Shown in pieces: positions 13,361 to 28,548 of a stretch of DNA of 64,000 bases (position 1 is the first letter of the stretch; every line of letters starts with the position of its first letter). The DNA is from Octopus vulgaris (Eukaryota): positions 7,316,001-7,380,000 of the forward strand of contig OX597815.1 of assembly GCA_951406725.2 (NCBI GenBank), given 5' to 3'. Both the position numbers and the translations under genes were made by a program. Under the pieces are notes generated by a model that saw nothing but the letters and a program-made list of their open reading frames with translations, was not told the DNA's origin and did no database searches.

Positions 13361-13679
13361 TCCAACAACAACAACAATATTATGTTGTAGATATGCTATA
13401 TACCACACACAAAAACGCATGTGTGTATAATGTTATGTTGAAACAATTGTAGTGATATATAATAAAGCCTGTTCAGTCAATCTTTTCGTATCGAATGATT
13501 TGCTTTTTGTTTTTGTTTATACTCAACGGATATCTACGTATTTTCACATGTATATCTAGTAGCGAGAGAAGTCCTATTGTATTACATTTGATAGCCGATA
13601 CCCGGAGAGGGGCTTAGAAAGCTCGCTGTAAGTTTATTACCCAGATAACTCGCGCGCGCGCGACAGTCATGTACGATAT

Positions 13680-14104
13680 TCTCTTTACTCTTTTACTGTT
13701 TTACTTGTTTCAGTCATTTGACTGTGGCCATGCTGGAGCACCGCCTTTAGTCGAGCACATCGACCCCGGGACTTATTCTTTGTAAGCCTAGTACTTATTC
13801 TATCGGTTTCTTTTGCCGAACCGCTAAGTTACGGGGACGTAAACACACCAGCATCGGTTGTCAAGCAATGTTGGGGGGGGAGGCAAACACAGACACACAA
13901 ACATATACACACACAGTTATATATATATATATACATATATACGACGGGCTTCTTTCAGTTTCCGTCTGCCAAATCCACTCACAAGGCTTTGGTCGGCCCG
14001 AAGCTATAGTAGAAGACACTTGCCCAAGGTGCCATGCAGTGGGACTGAACCCAGAACCATGTGGTTCGTAAGCAAGCTACCTACCACACAGCCACTCCTG
14101 CGCC
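13680..14104 (-). mobile_element. SINE family A
   Basis: Full copy. Confidence 0.92.
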
Positions 14105-14280
14105 ATGTTCAATAAATATGTTCTTCGTCTCGTTGAGAAAATAAAAACAATGGATAAACCAGAAGAGCTTCAACAATCAAAAGGGAACTTCAATCTGGTT
14201 GGCCCTTTTTTTTTCATTATCAACTCGTTAAAGAATTTTAGGATTTTAGAAGGATTAAATAGTCTTTGGGAAAAATGCAT

Positions 14281-14544
14281 TCTTTTATTCTTTTATTTTA
14301 TTCTTTTACTTGTTTCAGTCATTTGACTGCGGCCATGCTGGAGCACTGCCCTTCGTCGAACAAATCGACCCCATGACACATTCTTTGTAAGCCTTGTACT
14401 TATTCTGTCGCTCTCCTTTTGCCGAACTGCTAAGTGACGAGGACGTAAACACACCAACATCGATTGTCAAGCGATGTTGGGTGGGGGACAAACACAGACA
14501 CATATATACAGACACACACATACACACACGTATACACACACACG

Positions 14545-14636
<92 letters not shown>

Positions 14637-14789
14637 CGACGGGTTTCTTTCAGTCTGCCAAATCTACTCACAAGGCTTTGGTCTGCACGAAGCTATTGCA
14701 GAAGACACTTGCCCAAGGTGACATACAGTGGGACTGAACCCGGAACCATGTGATTAGGAAGCAAGCTACTTACCACACAGCCGCGCCTG
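14281..14789 (-). mobile_element. SINE family A, diverged
   Basis: Full copy. Confidence 0.88.
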
Positions 14790-15521
14790 ACATAAGGTTG
14801 GTTTTCACAATTTAATGCTGCACTTATGGTTTTATATTCTAGTTTTCATGCTTCACCAGGTGGAGTCAAGAGGGTCTCATTCCAGCCTGGCAGAAAGTTA
14901 GAAACTGATCAGGGGAAAAGTACTTCCACGCCGTAAACCAGAACTCAGGGTTCACGAAACATTTTTCTCGTGGCTATGTGCTCAAGAACCTCTGGATCTT
15001 TTCTGCTTGGCTTTCACGTTTCAATCCCTTCAGTTTTGTCCCAATTCATTTCAAATTTGGTGTATTGGTGTGTCTTTTTGGCATAAATTAATAAATACAA
15101 AATTAATAGCTTTTAAAGTTTGCAAATTTTGGGTAATTTTAGCCAATCGAAAGTCACAGACATATGGCTGCCTGTTTTCATAGTAACAAACCAAGCTGTT
15201 CTGTGACCTGCTGATTCGTGTGTAGCTCTCCTGTCCAAACCACGTGTATTTTACTTTGTATTTTCTGCTTTTACGCATCTGTTGCTATCCGAGAAACAAA
15301 CGGACATTTTCCTAAAAAAGAAGTATGTTAAATGTTTTGTCATCGTGAGTGGTATTGGTAGACGGAAACTGAAAGAAGCCTTATGTCACTGTATGAAAAA
15401 ATTTTATAACATTCTTCTGACATAAGGACTTAAATTTATTTTTTAACCTTTTAAAACAAGCCTTCTGTAGTTTTTTCACTTTTTACTATTTTCTATATAT
15501 ATATACTTATATGTACGTATG

Positions 15522-15605
<84 letters not shown>

Positions 15606-15607
<2 letters not shown>

Positions 15608-16022
15608 CGCAGGAGTGGCTGTGTGGTAAGTAGCTTGCTAACCAACCACATGGTTCTGGGTTCAGTCCCACTGCGTGGCATCTTGGGCAAGTGTCTTCTG
15701 CTATAGCCCCGGGCCGACCAATGCCTTGTGAGTGGATTTGGTAGACGGAAACTGAAAGAAGCCTGTCGTATATATGTATATATATATATATGTGTGTGTG
15801 TGTGTTTGTGTGTCTGTGTTTGTCCCCCTAGCATTGCTTGACAACCGATGCTGGTGTGTTCACGTCCCCGTCACTTAGCGGTTCGGCAAAAGAGACCGAT
15901 AGAATAAGCACTGGGCTTACAAAGAATAAGTCCCGGGGGTCGATTTGCTCGACTAAAGGCGGTGCTCCAGCATGGCCACAGTCAAAATGACTGAAACAAG
16001 TAAAAGAGTAAAAGAGTAAAGA

Positions 16023-16024
<2 letters not shown>
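15606..16024 (+). mobile_element. SINE family A
   Basis: Full copy flanked by (TA)n. Confidence 0.92.
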
Positions 16025-16075
<51 letters not shown>

Positions 16076-16110
16076 CTTATATGTATGTATGTATGTATGT
16101 ATGTATGATG

Positions 16111-16140
<30 letters not shown>

Positions 16141-16141
<1 letters not shown>

Positions 16142-16373
16142 TTACTCTTTTTCTTTTTACTCTTTTTACTTGTTTCAGTCATTTGACTGCGGCCATGCTG
16201 GAGCACCGCCTTTAGTCGAGCAAATCGACCCCGGGACTTATTCTTTGTAAGCCCAGTACTTATTCTAACGGTCTCTTTTGCCGAACCGCTAAGTGACGGG
16301 GACGTAAACACACCAGCATCGGTTGTCAAGCAATGCTAGGGGAACAAACACAGACACACAAACATATTCACAA

Positions 16374-16404
<31 letters not shown>

Positions 16405-16565
16405 CGACAGGCTTCTTTCAGTTTCCGTCTACCAAATCCACTCACAAGGCATTGGTCGGCCCGGGGCTATAGCAGAAGGCACTTGCCCAAGATGCCACGC
16501 AGTGGGACTGAACCCGGAACCATGTGGTTGGTTAGCAAGCTACTTACCAAACAGCCACTCCTGCG

Positions 16566-16567
<2 letters not shown>
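16141..16567 (-). mobile_element. SINE family A
   Basis: Full copy, tail-to-tail with 15606-16024. Confidence 0.92.
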
Positions 16568-16621
<54 letters not shown>

Positions 16622-16645
<24 letters not shown>

Positions 16646-16890
16646 CGCGTGTGTGTGTGTGTATGCATATGTGTATGTGTGTGTGTATGTTTGTGTGTCT
16701 GTGTTTGTCCCCCCAACATCACTTGACAACCGATGATGGTGTGTTTACGTCCCCGTAAACTAGCGGCTCGGCAAAAGGGGATCGATTGAATAAATACTAG
16801 GCTTACAAAGATTAAGTCCTGGACTAAAGGCGGTGCTCCAGCATGGCCGCAGTCAAATAACTGAAACAAGTGAAAGAATAAAAGAATATA
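16622..16890 (+). mobile_element. SINE family A, 3' half
   Basis: Starts at the internal microsatellite; tail present. Confidence 0.85.
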
Positions 16891-17079
16891 AATTACCGTT
16901 AATGACGGTCCGGGTTACTAGCTTTGTCTTTACTGAGGTTTCGTAAAGACATTTCGGACAGTCTTGTTTTCATTTGTAATCAAAGTGCCACTCACGACCC
17001 TTTATAACAAGCAGCGTAGCAATAGTCTTAATTAATACCCCAGCAACCAGGGCGTGCATCTTTATATATATGTTATATA

Positions 17080-17363
17080 CTAGCAGTATCGCCCGGCGTT
17101 GCTCGGGTTTGTAATGGAAAAGCATTTTTAGAGAGTTACTTCCCGTATATAAACCGAGCAAAAAATGCGAAAAAATGATGGTAATTTTTTTCTAAAATCG
17201 TAGACTCATCGTAGACGCGAGCTAATACCCAGAAGGGCTCGATATGAATCACGACTATAAGATACCCGCTTTTGGTTAAACTGCACCGCAAAATGTGGGA
17301 GTAGTTAGGAATCTAAATCGGAGGAGACAGACTCTCACACAACTTCAGTTTTATATATAAAGA
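17080..17363 (-). mobile_element. Non-autonomous Helitron
   Basis: CTAG + hairpin (CCCGGCGTTGCTCGGG) at left, TATATATAAAGA at right, A|T insertion site; same family at 43790 and 63627. Confidence 0.88.
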
Positions 17364-17559
17364 TTAGTAGAGTCTCACCTCTTACTGCCTCCGCCAGGTA
17401 TTTTCATGGCTTAGCACAAGCTTGGATGAGAGGCTGTGACGTTAAGTGCATTATGCAAGAAATGTGATTTACAAAATATATCCTTTTGCAGACGCGATAC
17501 CTTTTGGAGACTTTGTATGTGGATATGTGTATGGAAAGACTTGTCGATGAATGGAGAGC

Positions 17560-17664
17560 AAAGTGAAAGTAGAAATCGAGAGGATGGGTGGTAGGAGTGA
17601 GAGTCGGAGATGCAGGAAGAGAAAAGTGGTTGAAGAGGAAGTTTGGCGTTAAAACCTGTTTCGA

Positions 17665-17700
<36 letters not shown>

Positions 17701-17989
17701 GGGGGAAAGAAAGAGTGGTGTATGCATGATAGTGAAAGGAAGAGTGAGAGCAGAGTACAAGAATGTATGCATGTGTATGAGAGTAAAAAAAGAGAGAGAG
17801 TGAGAAGTGTATGGGAGGTAAGTTGTTTGATAATTGGAGAACAAACGGAGGAAGGAGTTTGTGGAAGGCTTTGAGAGAGAGAAATATAGAGGGGCAAGAG
17901 GAAAGGCGTATAAGGAAGTACGTAAAAGAAAGGGGGGAGAAGAAGAGAAACAGAGTATGTGAAGAATAGAAAGAGAGAGTGTGTGTGAG

Positions 17990-18040
<51 letters not shown>

Positions 18041-18610
18041 CAGATAGATAGACAGACAGACAAACAGAGAGAAGGAGAGAGAGAGAGGAAGAAGAATAGG
18101 AAACAGGCTGAGGGAGAAGATGAGAGAGTGGTTTAGAGATCAAAAGGGAAAGGAGTCCATTAATATGAGTGGGAAATAGTGTAAAGATGAGAGAGACTGT
18201 GTAAGATGGGAATAAAAGCGAAAGGGGTATTTTATTCTTTTACTTGTTTCAGTCATTGGACAGCGGCCATACTTGCACACAGCGTTGAAGGGTTAAGCTA
18301 ATCACTTCAACCATAGGATTTGCTTTTGTAAGTTTGGAATTTATTCTATCAGACTATACCGAACAGCAATGTTACGGAGACGTAAACAAACCAGCGCCGT
18401 TTGTTAAGTGGCGAGAGACAAACACAAAGGCACACGCATACAGACTTGTGTGTGTGTGTGTGTGTATATCTGTGTGTATATGAGTGCGTGTGCACGAATT
18501 GCTGCCTACAGTGGGTAGAAACAACGGAGGGAGAATTAGTGAATTGTTGAGTGATTATATGAGTAAGAGTGAGAGAATGAGTGTGTGTGTGTGTGCGTGT
18601 GTGTATGTGC

Positions 18611-18644
<34 letters not shown>

Positions 18645-19716
18645 ATAAATGAGTGACTGATTTGATGAATGAACGAGGGAGTTGTCGAGAGACAAAGTGA
18701 GTGAGAAAGTATGAGATAATCTTTTCTATTTTGGGCACAAGGCCCGAAATTTTTGGGGAGGGGGCAGTCGATTAGATAAACTCCAGTACGCAACTGGTAC
18801 TTAATTTATCGACCCCGAAAAGATGAAAGGCAAAGTCGACCTCGGCGGAATTTGATCTCAGAACGTAATGGCAGACGAAATACCTATTTCCTTACTACCC
18901 ACAAGGGGCTAAACACAGAGAGGACAAACAAGAACAGACAAACGGATTATATTGACCCCAGTGCGTAACTGGTACTTAATTTATCGACCCCTAAAGGATG
19001 AAAAGCAATGTCGACCACGGCGGAATTTGAACTCAGAACGTAGCGGCAGACGAAATACGGCTACGCATTTCGCCCGGTGTGCTAACGTTTCTGCCAGCTC
19101 ACCACAGACTTAGAGAGTAAGCGATAATGATTGAGTGACTGAATATGTGTGAATGAATGAGCCAAACAGAAGAAAGATGTAAAGAGTGAAAGAGAAGAGA
19201 TTGAGAGAAGGAAGGAGAGAGAGAGGTATAGAGCAAGAAAGTGAAAGTAATAGAAAGGCGAAGAGTTATGGATGAGAGAATGAATTAGAGAGAGAGAGAG
19301 AGAAAGAGAGACAGAGAAAGAGAGAGAGAGAGGTTTTTATTATGTATTGTTATATATGACAGAGAGAAAGGGAGAGTTAGTTAGTGAGAGAGGTGAGGAG
19401 GGAAGATACATCAAAGGACAGTGAAGGGGAGGAGTAAAGAGTGGTGAGAGGGAGAGTAGAGAAGTGATAAAAACATATGAGAAAGGAAGAGGCGAAAGGT
19501 ATAAGAGAGAGAGAGAGAGAGGGTGAGAGATAAACATATGAAAGCGAGAGAGAGAGAGAGACAGGAAGAGAAAGACAAACGGAGTAAGATTAAAGTGTAG
19601 AAAAGACATTGAAAGAAAGAGAGAGAGAGAGGAGGTTCTGTAAGTTATTAAGAAGAGGGGGAAGCAGGAGGAAGTGGAGGAGGAAAAGAGAGCTTAACAA
19701 TAGAGAAAGTATCGGT

Positions 19717-19752
<36 letters not shown>

Positions 19753-19770
19753 GGAAGAGGGGGAGGGGCT
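17560..19770. repeat. Purine-rich (GA)n/(GATA)n low-complexity region with SINE insertions
   Basis: Visible G/A strand skew; diverged family-A 3' half at ~18230-18450 (-). Confidence 0.75.
18716..19100 (-). mobile_element. SINE family B, two body units
   Basis: Reverse complement of head plus duplicated core and tail. Confidence 0.88.
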
Positions 19771-19899
19771 GTAATAATAAATATGTAAATATATAACTTT
19801 TGAAATCCGTTTCTAGTGTCTTTGAAGATTTGCCGCACAGTTATCGACCCGGCACCAGCCGTCTCACGGCTACTAGGTAGCTATTGGCCCGATAAACTG

Positions 19900-20525
19900 G
19901 TTGTGATGGGGGGTTGGTGGTGGTGGTGGTGGTGGTATGGTGGTGGAAGTGGTGGTGTTGGTGGTGGTGGTGGTAATGGTAGTGGTGGTGGTGGTGGTGG
20001 TGATGACGGTATTGGGTTCTGGTCGTAGTTGTTGTTGTTGTGGTGGTGGTGGTGGTGGTGGTGGTGGTGGTGGTGGTGGTGGTGGTTGTGGTGGAGGTGT
20101 TGGTGGTGGTGGTGGTGGTGGTGGTGGTGGTGGTGGTTGTGGAGGTGGTGGTGGTGTAGTGACGGTATCGGGGTTCTGGTGGTAGTTGTTGTGGTAGTGA
20201 TAGTGGTGGTGGTGGTGGTGGTGGTAGTGGTGTGGTGGTGGTGTTTACGTCAGTATATCTAGTAATAGTTTGTGTGACGGTATAGTGACAGCGGTGGTGG
20301 TGGTGGTGGTATTGTGAACGCGGCATTGTTATGGTGTTCGCGGCTATGGCGGTGCGATGGATTTTATTGGTGGTACAATATGCTAGTGATGGTAGTTGTA
20401 CTATTTGTATTAGTGTTGGTGGTGGTGGTGGATACAGTATGGGTAGTACATAGTGGTATTGATGACGAAGTGATTTACTTCAAACGGTAATGATGATTGT
20501 ACGATGGTAAATGCGGCAGTATGAC

Positions 20526-20593
<68 letters not shown>

Positions 20594-20735
20594 TAGTAGT
20601 GGTAGTAGTAGTGGTAGTAGTAGTAGCAGCAGCAACAGTGGTAGTGTTGGCGTGGTGGTATGGTTTAGTGGTGGTGGTAGTGAACATGGCGGTGTTTTTC
20701 AAGTTATTCCAGTAAAGAACTTGAAAACCACAGTA

Positions 20736-20788
<53 letters not shown>

Positions 20789-20893
20789 ACCACCACTACC
20801 ACCACCACCACCACCACCACCACTACTACTACTACCACCACCACCACCACCACCACCACCACCACCACCACCACCACCACCACCACCACCACC

Positions 20894-20937
<44 letters not shown>

Positions 20938-20970
20938 CACTACTGCTACTGTACTGATACTGCTGCTGCT
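19900..20970. repeat. Compound trinucleotide arrays (GGT)n/(AGT)n then (ACT)n/(ACC)n
   Basis: Directly visible. Confidence 0.95.
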
Positions 20971-20999
20971 GTGTTGTTGACGATGTTACTATTGTTGTT

Positions 21000-22915
21000 T
21001 CCTACAGTCTGAGTTATGCTTCCACAAAGTGGTGTCAATTTACAGCCAATTGGACTGAGCTACTGCGAATACATAGCATAACCAAAATTCTCTGTCTCAT
21101 GTTTTGATCAGGAGCTGCTCAGCTATAAATAGATATTGATCCTTACCTAGAAGGCTCAAGGGAATGCAACGCTCAGATATCCGGATCAGGCTATTATTGC
21201 GAAACACATAAACTGTATCAAAGCATAGGCAATATGGTTGATAAGTCATACAATGCCTCTGTTAGTAGATAGACGTAGTGCATTCATCGTCTCTCATCTG
21301 CCCCTTATTTCTTTTTGCCATTCTAATGTTTCCTGTAATATTTCTCACCCACAAAACTCAATTATCAAAGACTTGATCCAATCGCTCCCTCCAGAAATGC
21401 CGTACTCCGGAGAACCTTCACTGTCAATATTTTTCTGTGACAGTTTAGCCTTTATCGGGATCTGAATTATTTACTGAAAGTAAACTAGAAGCGTTACAGC
21501 CGTTTCAAATGATAGTTCTCACTATCACCAAAGCTCTCCCATGGCGAGAGGAAATCCTTAACATAACTAGGGCTATTTCTCGAAGGCTTGCCCTCTTCTT
21601 TAGGGCCAGAAAGTATTTCTTTTTCCTCTTCCACCAAATACTGACAAACGCTCAAATGAAGCTCACAATGAAACATTTCTCCCACAGCTAGAGCGGAGCT
21701 GCTGCGGCTGCTGCTGCTGCTGCTGCTGCTATGCATATATACATCTTGGACGGTTGGCAAAGAGCCACTTGAGTGACTGGCATAAAATCACTCACATACA
21801 CACTCTATGTCTACCGTTTCCTCTCTTTGCCTATTCTACTGCTACTGTGATGGCATTTGTTTCTCAGAGCGGTGTGATCATGTTCCGCTTCTATTCTGGC
21901 ACTCTCACCCCACTCGCCCTCTTCCTCTCACATCAACCACAGCGTCCCAGTTATCCCTCATCAGAAGATCGTCTCTCGGGGTCCTTTGCCCTTTTCATTT
22001 CTGCAAGTGTCTTTTCTGTAGGTGTTCACGTGCAGCAGATCAAACAGAACATTAGCAACATTTATCTCACTGGTCCCAGATGGTTTGCAAAAGAAATGAA
22101 CACTACCTCTTCCTCTAGCCTTAGGAAAAAGAAACGGCAGACTCTAGCTGTCGGTGTCGCTGGCAGTGCAATGCAAGCTGTTTTCTCTATTGCCTCTGAT
22201 TGCTACTATCTCACGCAACCCTGGTAATCACCTCATTAGACAATTGCTGCTAAGATGCTTGCTCTGATATTACATACTGCATACGGTATTCCGGTGTAGC
22301 ACCCACCCAGTCACTTCAGTGGGGTAGAATTCAGAGACCAACATTTACAACCATTATAGTGGAAATGACTTTACAGTCGCCCAGAAAAAGCTGAGGCTGA
22401 CGTGTCAAGGAGAGTTGGAGTTCCACAGTCAGGTCATGCCATTCAGAACCTTCACGTACCTGGGCTTAAGAGTCAACTTTCACGCGTTGACTCATAATCC
22501 CAAATAGCGAAGCTATTCGACTTCCTTCGGAGCAGTGTTGCTCGTTGTCATTAGAAGTGGAAGACCCGGAGAATATTGTACATAGATGACCTCACTTTTA
22601 ATGTCACATAACCAAAGATCAACCACGACACATTCTATCTCCACTCTGTTTCTATTCCTCTGTTGTCATACATTCTGGATTTGTTTCAAGAAAGATTGTT
22701 TCGGATTCAGTTCAGATAACTGTGTAGCACTGGACAACTTTTAATTTCTGTCATGAAAATTCACCTTCATAATGTTATTATTGAACCTTGATTGAGCAAC
22801 CGAATGTCAAAAGGTGTTCAAGCCAAGACTGTTTTTGTCCTTTTATGCTTCATCACCTGGTTTAGCGCCACCATAGGGTCTATGACTGCCGTTAGAGAAA
22901 TCCACTCTGTTGCAA
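21000..22915 (+). mobile_element. Possible highly decayed LINE (I/Jockey-like) RT region
   Basis: Residual motifs only: an RPVSL-like segment near 21945 (needs a frameshift) and NDFTVAQKK..LEFHSQVMPFRTFTYLGL near 22365-22470; many stops. Confidence 0.35.
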
Positions 22916-22919
22916 GCAT

Positions 22920-23281
<362 letters not shown>

Positions 23282-23659
23282 TCGTGGCGAGAAAATGAAG
23301 CCTCTCCTAAGAATCGCAACTTATACCCATTCCCGCTGGACTGTATAAATTACAATACCAGTAATGTACTGGGATTTCATCTCCACCTCGTCCTTTTGTA
23401 CCAATGCTAATCATTCATATATGATTCAACGTCAATCCGGTGAAATGGTAAAGTGATGGACTACACGGGTTGTAGACGTACCCCCCCTCCACACCCCCAT
23501 ACATTACATGTCTTTAACGGGATTACTCTTTTGCAAACACTCGGGCGTGTCTTTGGTTTGAAGCAAATTCCCTCCGTTCGTCCCACTAAGCACGTGAGCC
23601 CTGAAAAAAGTCCTGGCTGTTATCCTCCCATCTCTAACAAAGCCATTTAAAATTTCCAT

Positions 23660-23671
23660 CTCTTTCTTTCT

Positions 23672-23752
<81 letters not shown>

Positions 23753-23764
23753 CACACACACAAA

Positions 23765-23832
<68 letters not shown>

Positions 23833-23840
23833 CACACACA
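23660..23840. repeat. (CT)n + (GCAC)n microsatellites
   Basis: Directly visible. Confidence 0.95.
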
Positions 23841-23935
23841 TAGGATTCCTAAATTTAATTCAGGAAAGATTTAAGACCAAAGTATTGTGTAGTTACTAAA
23901 TAACCTACTACTTACATCCAAATGCACCTTCGTAA

Positions 23936-23967
<32 letters not shown>

Positions 23968-25451
23968 TTGTTGTTGTTTAAAGTCAAATCAACCTTGCTG
24001 AGCAACCTACGATTAAAAGTGTTCAACCCGTGACCGTATCATGTCTTGAAGAGACTTCACCTGGTTTAATGCTGCAAGAGGTCTCGTGAGCGCCGCTAGA
24101 AGAGCAAAATCAGTAGCAAACATCCAACGGTGGTTTCTGGTCAGAGGATAACTTCTCTTTCTGCCTCTAGACTTGAAACCCCTAAAGAAGCATCATAGCT
24201 GACGCCATCATTCCTCCACTGGGTAAGTTATTTAAAAAGAAAATGTACAACTTCATTATACCAAGTACTAAGTTAGACGTATGGTCTACTGCAGTATTCG
24301 TAGTTTACGCTGTGAAATGACCTGACCTTGGTTAGGACTAGGGTTAGTGTTAGGGTTAGCGTCAGGGCCAGGGTCAAGTTTTAAGGTTAGGATTAGGGTT
24401 AGATTGCTCGCTAAAGTTTAAATGGTTAGATAGACTGCAAGCTTTCAAAAATGGCGAGGTAGATCGCATATCAAAGAAATACTTAATAAATAGAATTTTC
24501 GCAACATGTACGGTTTGATTTGAAGGATATTGATTTCCTGTTTCCATCGGGCTGAGCGACCTCGTCCTTTACTACAGGACTAATGCATGTCTCGTCTTCC
24601 ATATTGTGTGGTGCAACTTTCAGTACTGTGTGATGTAACCTTTTCCATCGTGTGACGTCTCGTCTTCGCCAATGTGTGATGTACCGTCCAAACACTGTGT
24701 TATTGGAACATTTACTAGTATAAGGATGCAACCTTTAACCGCTGTAAAATGTAACCTACTTAGCTGTGTCATGCTCTGTACATCACCTCGATGTCATACA
24801 AAAATTTTGGGTTTGAAAATTGAACTTTGGTTTTATTTAGTTGAAATTGGGTAGGCCAAGGACGATAAAACAATGTGGTTTTGATTCATAGCAGAAAGTA
24901 AGAAAGTTGCGGCAAAGCTGCGTGATAGTGGTGTCAGACATGGCACACAGCCCATCATAAAACTGGTTTCATTTTTCACTTCCGTTTTATTTTGATATGC
25001 GCATTGTGTTTTTATTCTTCTCTTCCGTTTTACGAATTCTGCATGCACATGCGCATTGCGTGATCACACTTCTTCCGGTTTCTACTCAAAATTATTTACA
25101 GATCACAGCCATCTCAGAAACCTGCGTTCGTGAGTAGAGCTTCGCACTCCGATGGTGGTGAAAATAAAAGTAGATGATTACACTGAACGTTAAACTCTCC
25201 TACTTAACCACTATAACAGGTTAAGGGCTGCCAGCATGTAGTTAAGGGCAAGGGTCTCCACAAGGTCGCCTGGATGGCTAAAAATAGTAGCCAAGTCACA
25301 CTCAAATGCTACCCTAGAGTCTTAGAAACGAAGGATACATTAGATAACACAGTCTCGAGCACTCTGTGTCAAAGAAAAAGGTGTGGTGGTCGTCATAAGA
25401 ATACCTTAAATCACATGGCAGGAAACAACACCAACAATTCAAGATAGAATT

Positions 25452-26135
<684 letters not shown>

Positions 26136-26249
26136 CCTCTTTCTCTCGGTTCTAATCAAAAGGATAATGTATCGACCCGAGTATAGTGGCGGTCTTTGAT
26201 GTTCCATCTATGGATGCTGCACAGCTAGCGAAGCTGCTGCTAGGCAGTA

Positions 26250-26652
26250 CACACACACACACGCACACACACACACACACACTCACACACATACACACAC
26301 ACATGTGCGCGTGTGTATCTGTATGAAATATATCTGTGTGTATATGTGTGTGTGTTTGTGCATACATGCGCGTACACCACGGGCACACAAATATATAATG
26401 AGGTTATGCGCACACAAATATATATATAGGTATATACACACACACATATACATATATTCACACACACACATACACACACATATATATATACACACATACG
26501 CATATATATATATATATATATATAGGTATACACATACATATATATATATATACATATATTCACAACCACATACACACACATATATATATATACACACACA
26601 TACGCATATATATATATATATAGGTATACACACACATATATATACATATCTT

Positions 26653-26684
<32 letters not shown>

Positions 26685-26717
26685 CACATACGCATATATA
26701 TATATATATATTTATGA

Positions 26718-26755
<38 letters not shown>
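26250..26755. repeat. (CA)n/(TA)n compound tract
   Basis: Directly visible. Confidence 0.9.
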
Positions 26756-27201
26756 TTACAGGCAGTTTTTGTTTTTATGTAGTTCGTTTATTACGTAGTA
26801 GAAAAACACAAACGTGCTCAACAGATATTTCAATATGTTAATTTATGTGAGAGATAGAGTGAGAATGCAAAAATCTGCTCCACTCCCACAGACACCCACC
26901 CACCCGCATCGTCACCCACAGCACACCCACCACCCTCTGCTTCAAACTTTAAGGCAGAAGAAGAAGAAGAAGAATGAACGAATTTCCACTTGCCGTCACA
27001 TGTCCAATTTCTTTCTTGGAAATTTCAAAGAATTTTCTTCGACACCAGTCGATGCCTGATGGATGATAAATGGCAATCTGGCACTGCTCACTCGGCTCAA
27101 ATCCATTCTATTGTTTTTCCAACGCGCATGGGCGTTTCGGTAACCGAGCAGAACTAGTTACTGGCATAGGACGTGCAGCATGCCTTGCTTATCACCAATG
27201 A

Positions 27202-28009
27202 ATACATACATACATACATACATACAAACATACATACATTCATACATACATACATACATACATACATACATACATGCAAACATACATGCATACATACATG
27301 CATACATACATGCATACAAACATGCATACATACATGCATGCATACATGCATACATACATACATACATGCATACATACATGCATACATACATGCATACATG
27401 CATACATACATACATGCATACATACATGCATACATACATGCATGCATACATACATGCATGAATACATACATGCATACATACATGCATACATACATACATA
27501 CATACATACATACATACATACATACATACATACATACATACATACATACAAACATACATGCATACATACATACATACATACATGCATACATACATACATA
27601 CTTACATACATGCATACATACATACATACATACATACATACATACATACATACATGCATACATACATGCATACATGCATACATACATACATACATACATA
27701 CATACATACATACATACATACATACATGCATACATACATACATACATACATACATACATACATGCATACATACATACATACATACATGCATACATACATG
27801 CATACATACATACATACATACATACATACATACATACATACATACATACATACATACATACATACATACATACATACATACATGCATACATACATACATA
27901 CATACATACATACATACATACATACATACATACATGCATACATACATGCATACATACATACATGCATACATACATACATACATACATGCATACATACATA
28001 CATACATAC

Positions 28010-28040
<31 letters not shown>

Positions 28041-28548
28041 CATACATACATACATACATACATGCATACATACATACATACATGCATACATACATACATA
28101 CATACTTACATACATACATGCATACATACATGCATACATGCATACATACATACATACATACATGCATACATACATGCATACATACATGCATACATACATA
28201 CATACTTACATACATGCATGCATACATACATACATGCATACATACATGCATACATGCATACATACATGCATGCATACATACATACATACATACATACATA
28301 CATACATACATACATACATACATACATACATACATACATACATACATACATACATACATACATACATACATACAAACATACATACATACATACATACATA
28401 CACGCATACATACATGCATACATGCATACATGCATGCATACATATATACATACATACAAAATACACACACACATGTACACACATGAATATATACATACAT
28501 GCATTCATACATACATACATACATACATACATACATACATGCATACAT
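27202..28548. repeat. ~1.35 kb (CATA)n/(CATG)n array
   Basis: Directly visible; source of the MYVC and HTYI pseudo-ORFs. Confidence 0.97.

Noticed and set aside
22575-22600. YIDD as an RT catalytic motif
   Set aside because: It lies downstream of the FTYLG-like motif, the wrong order for an RT.
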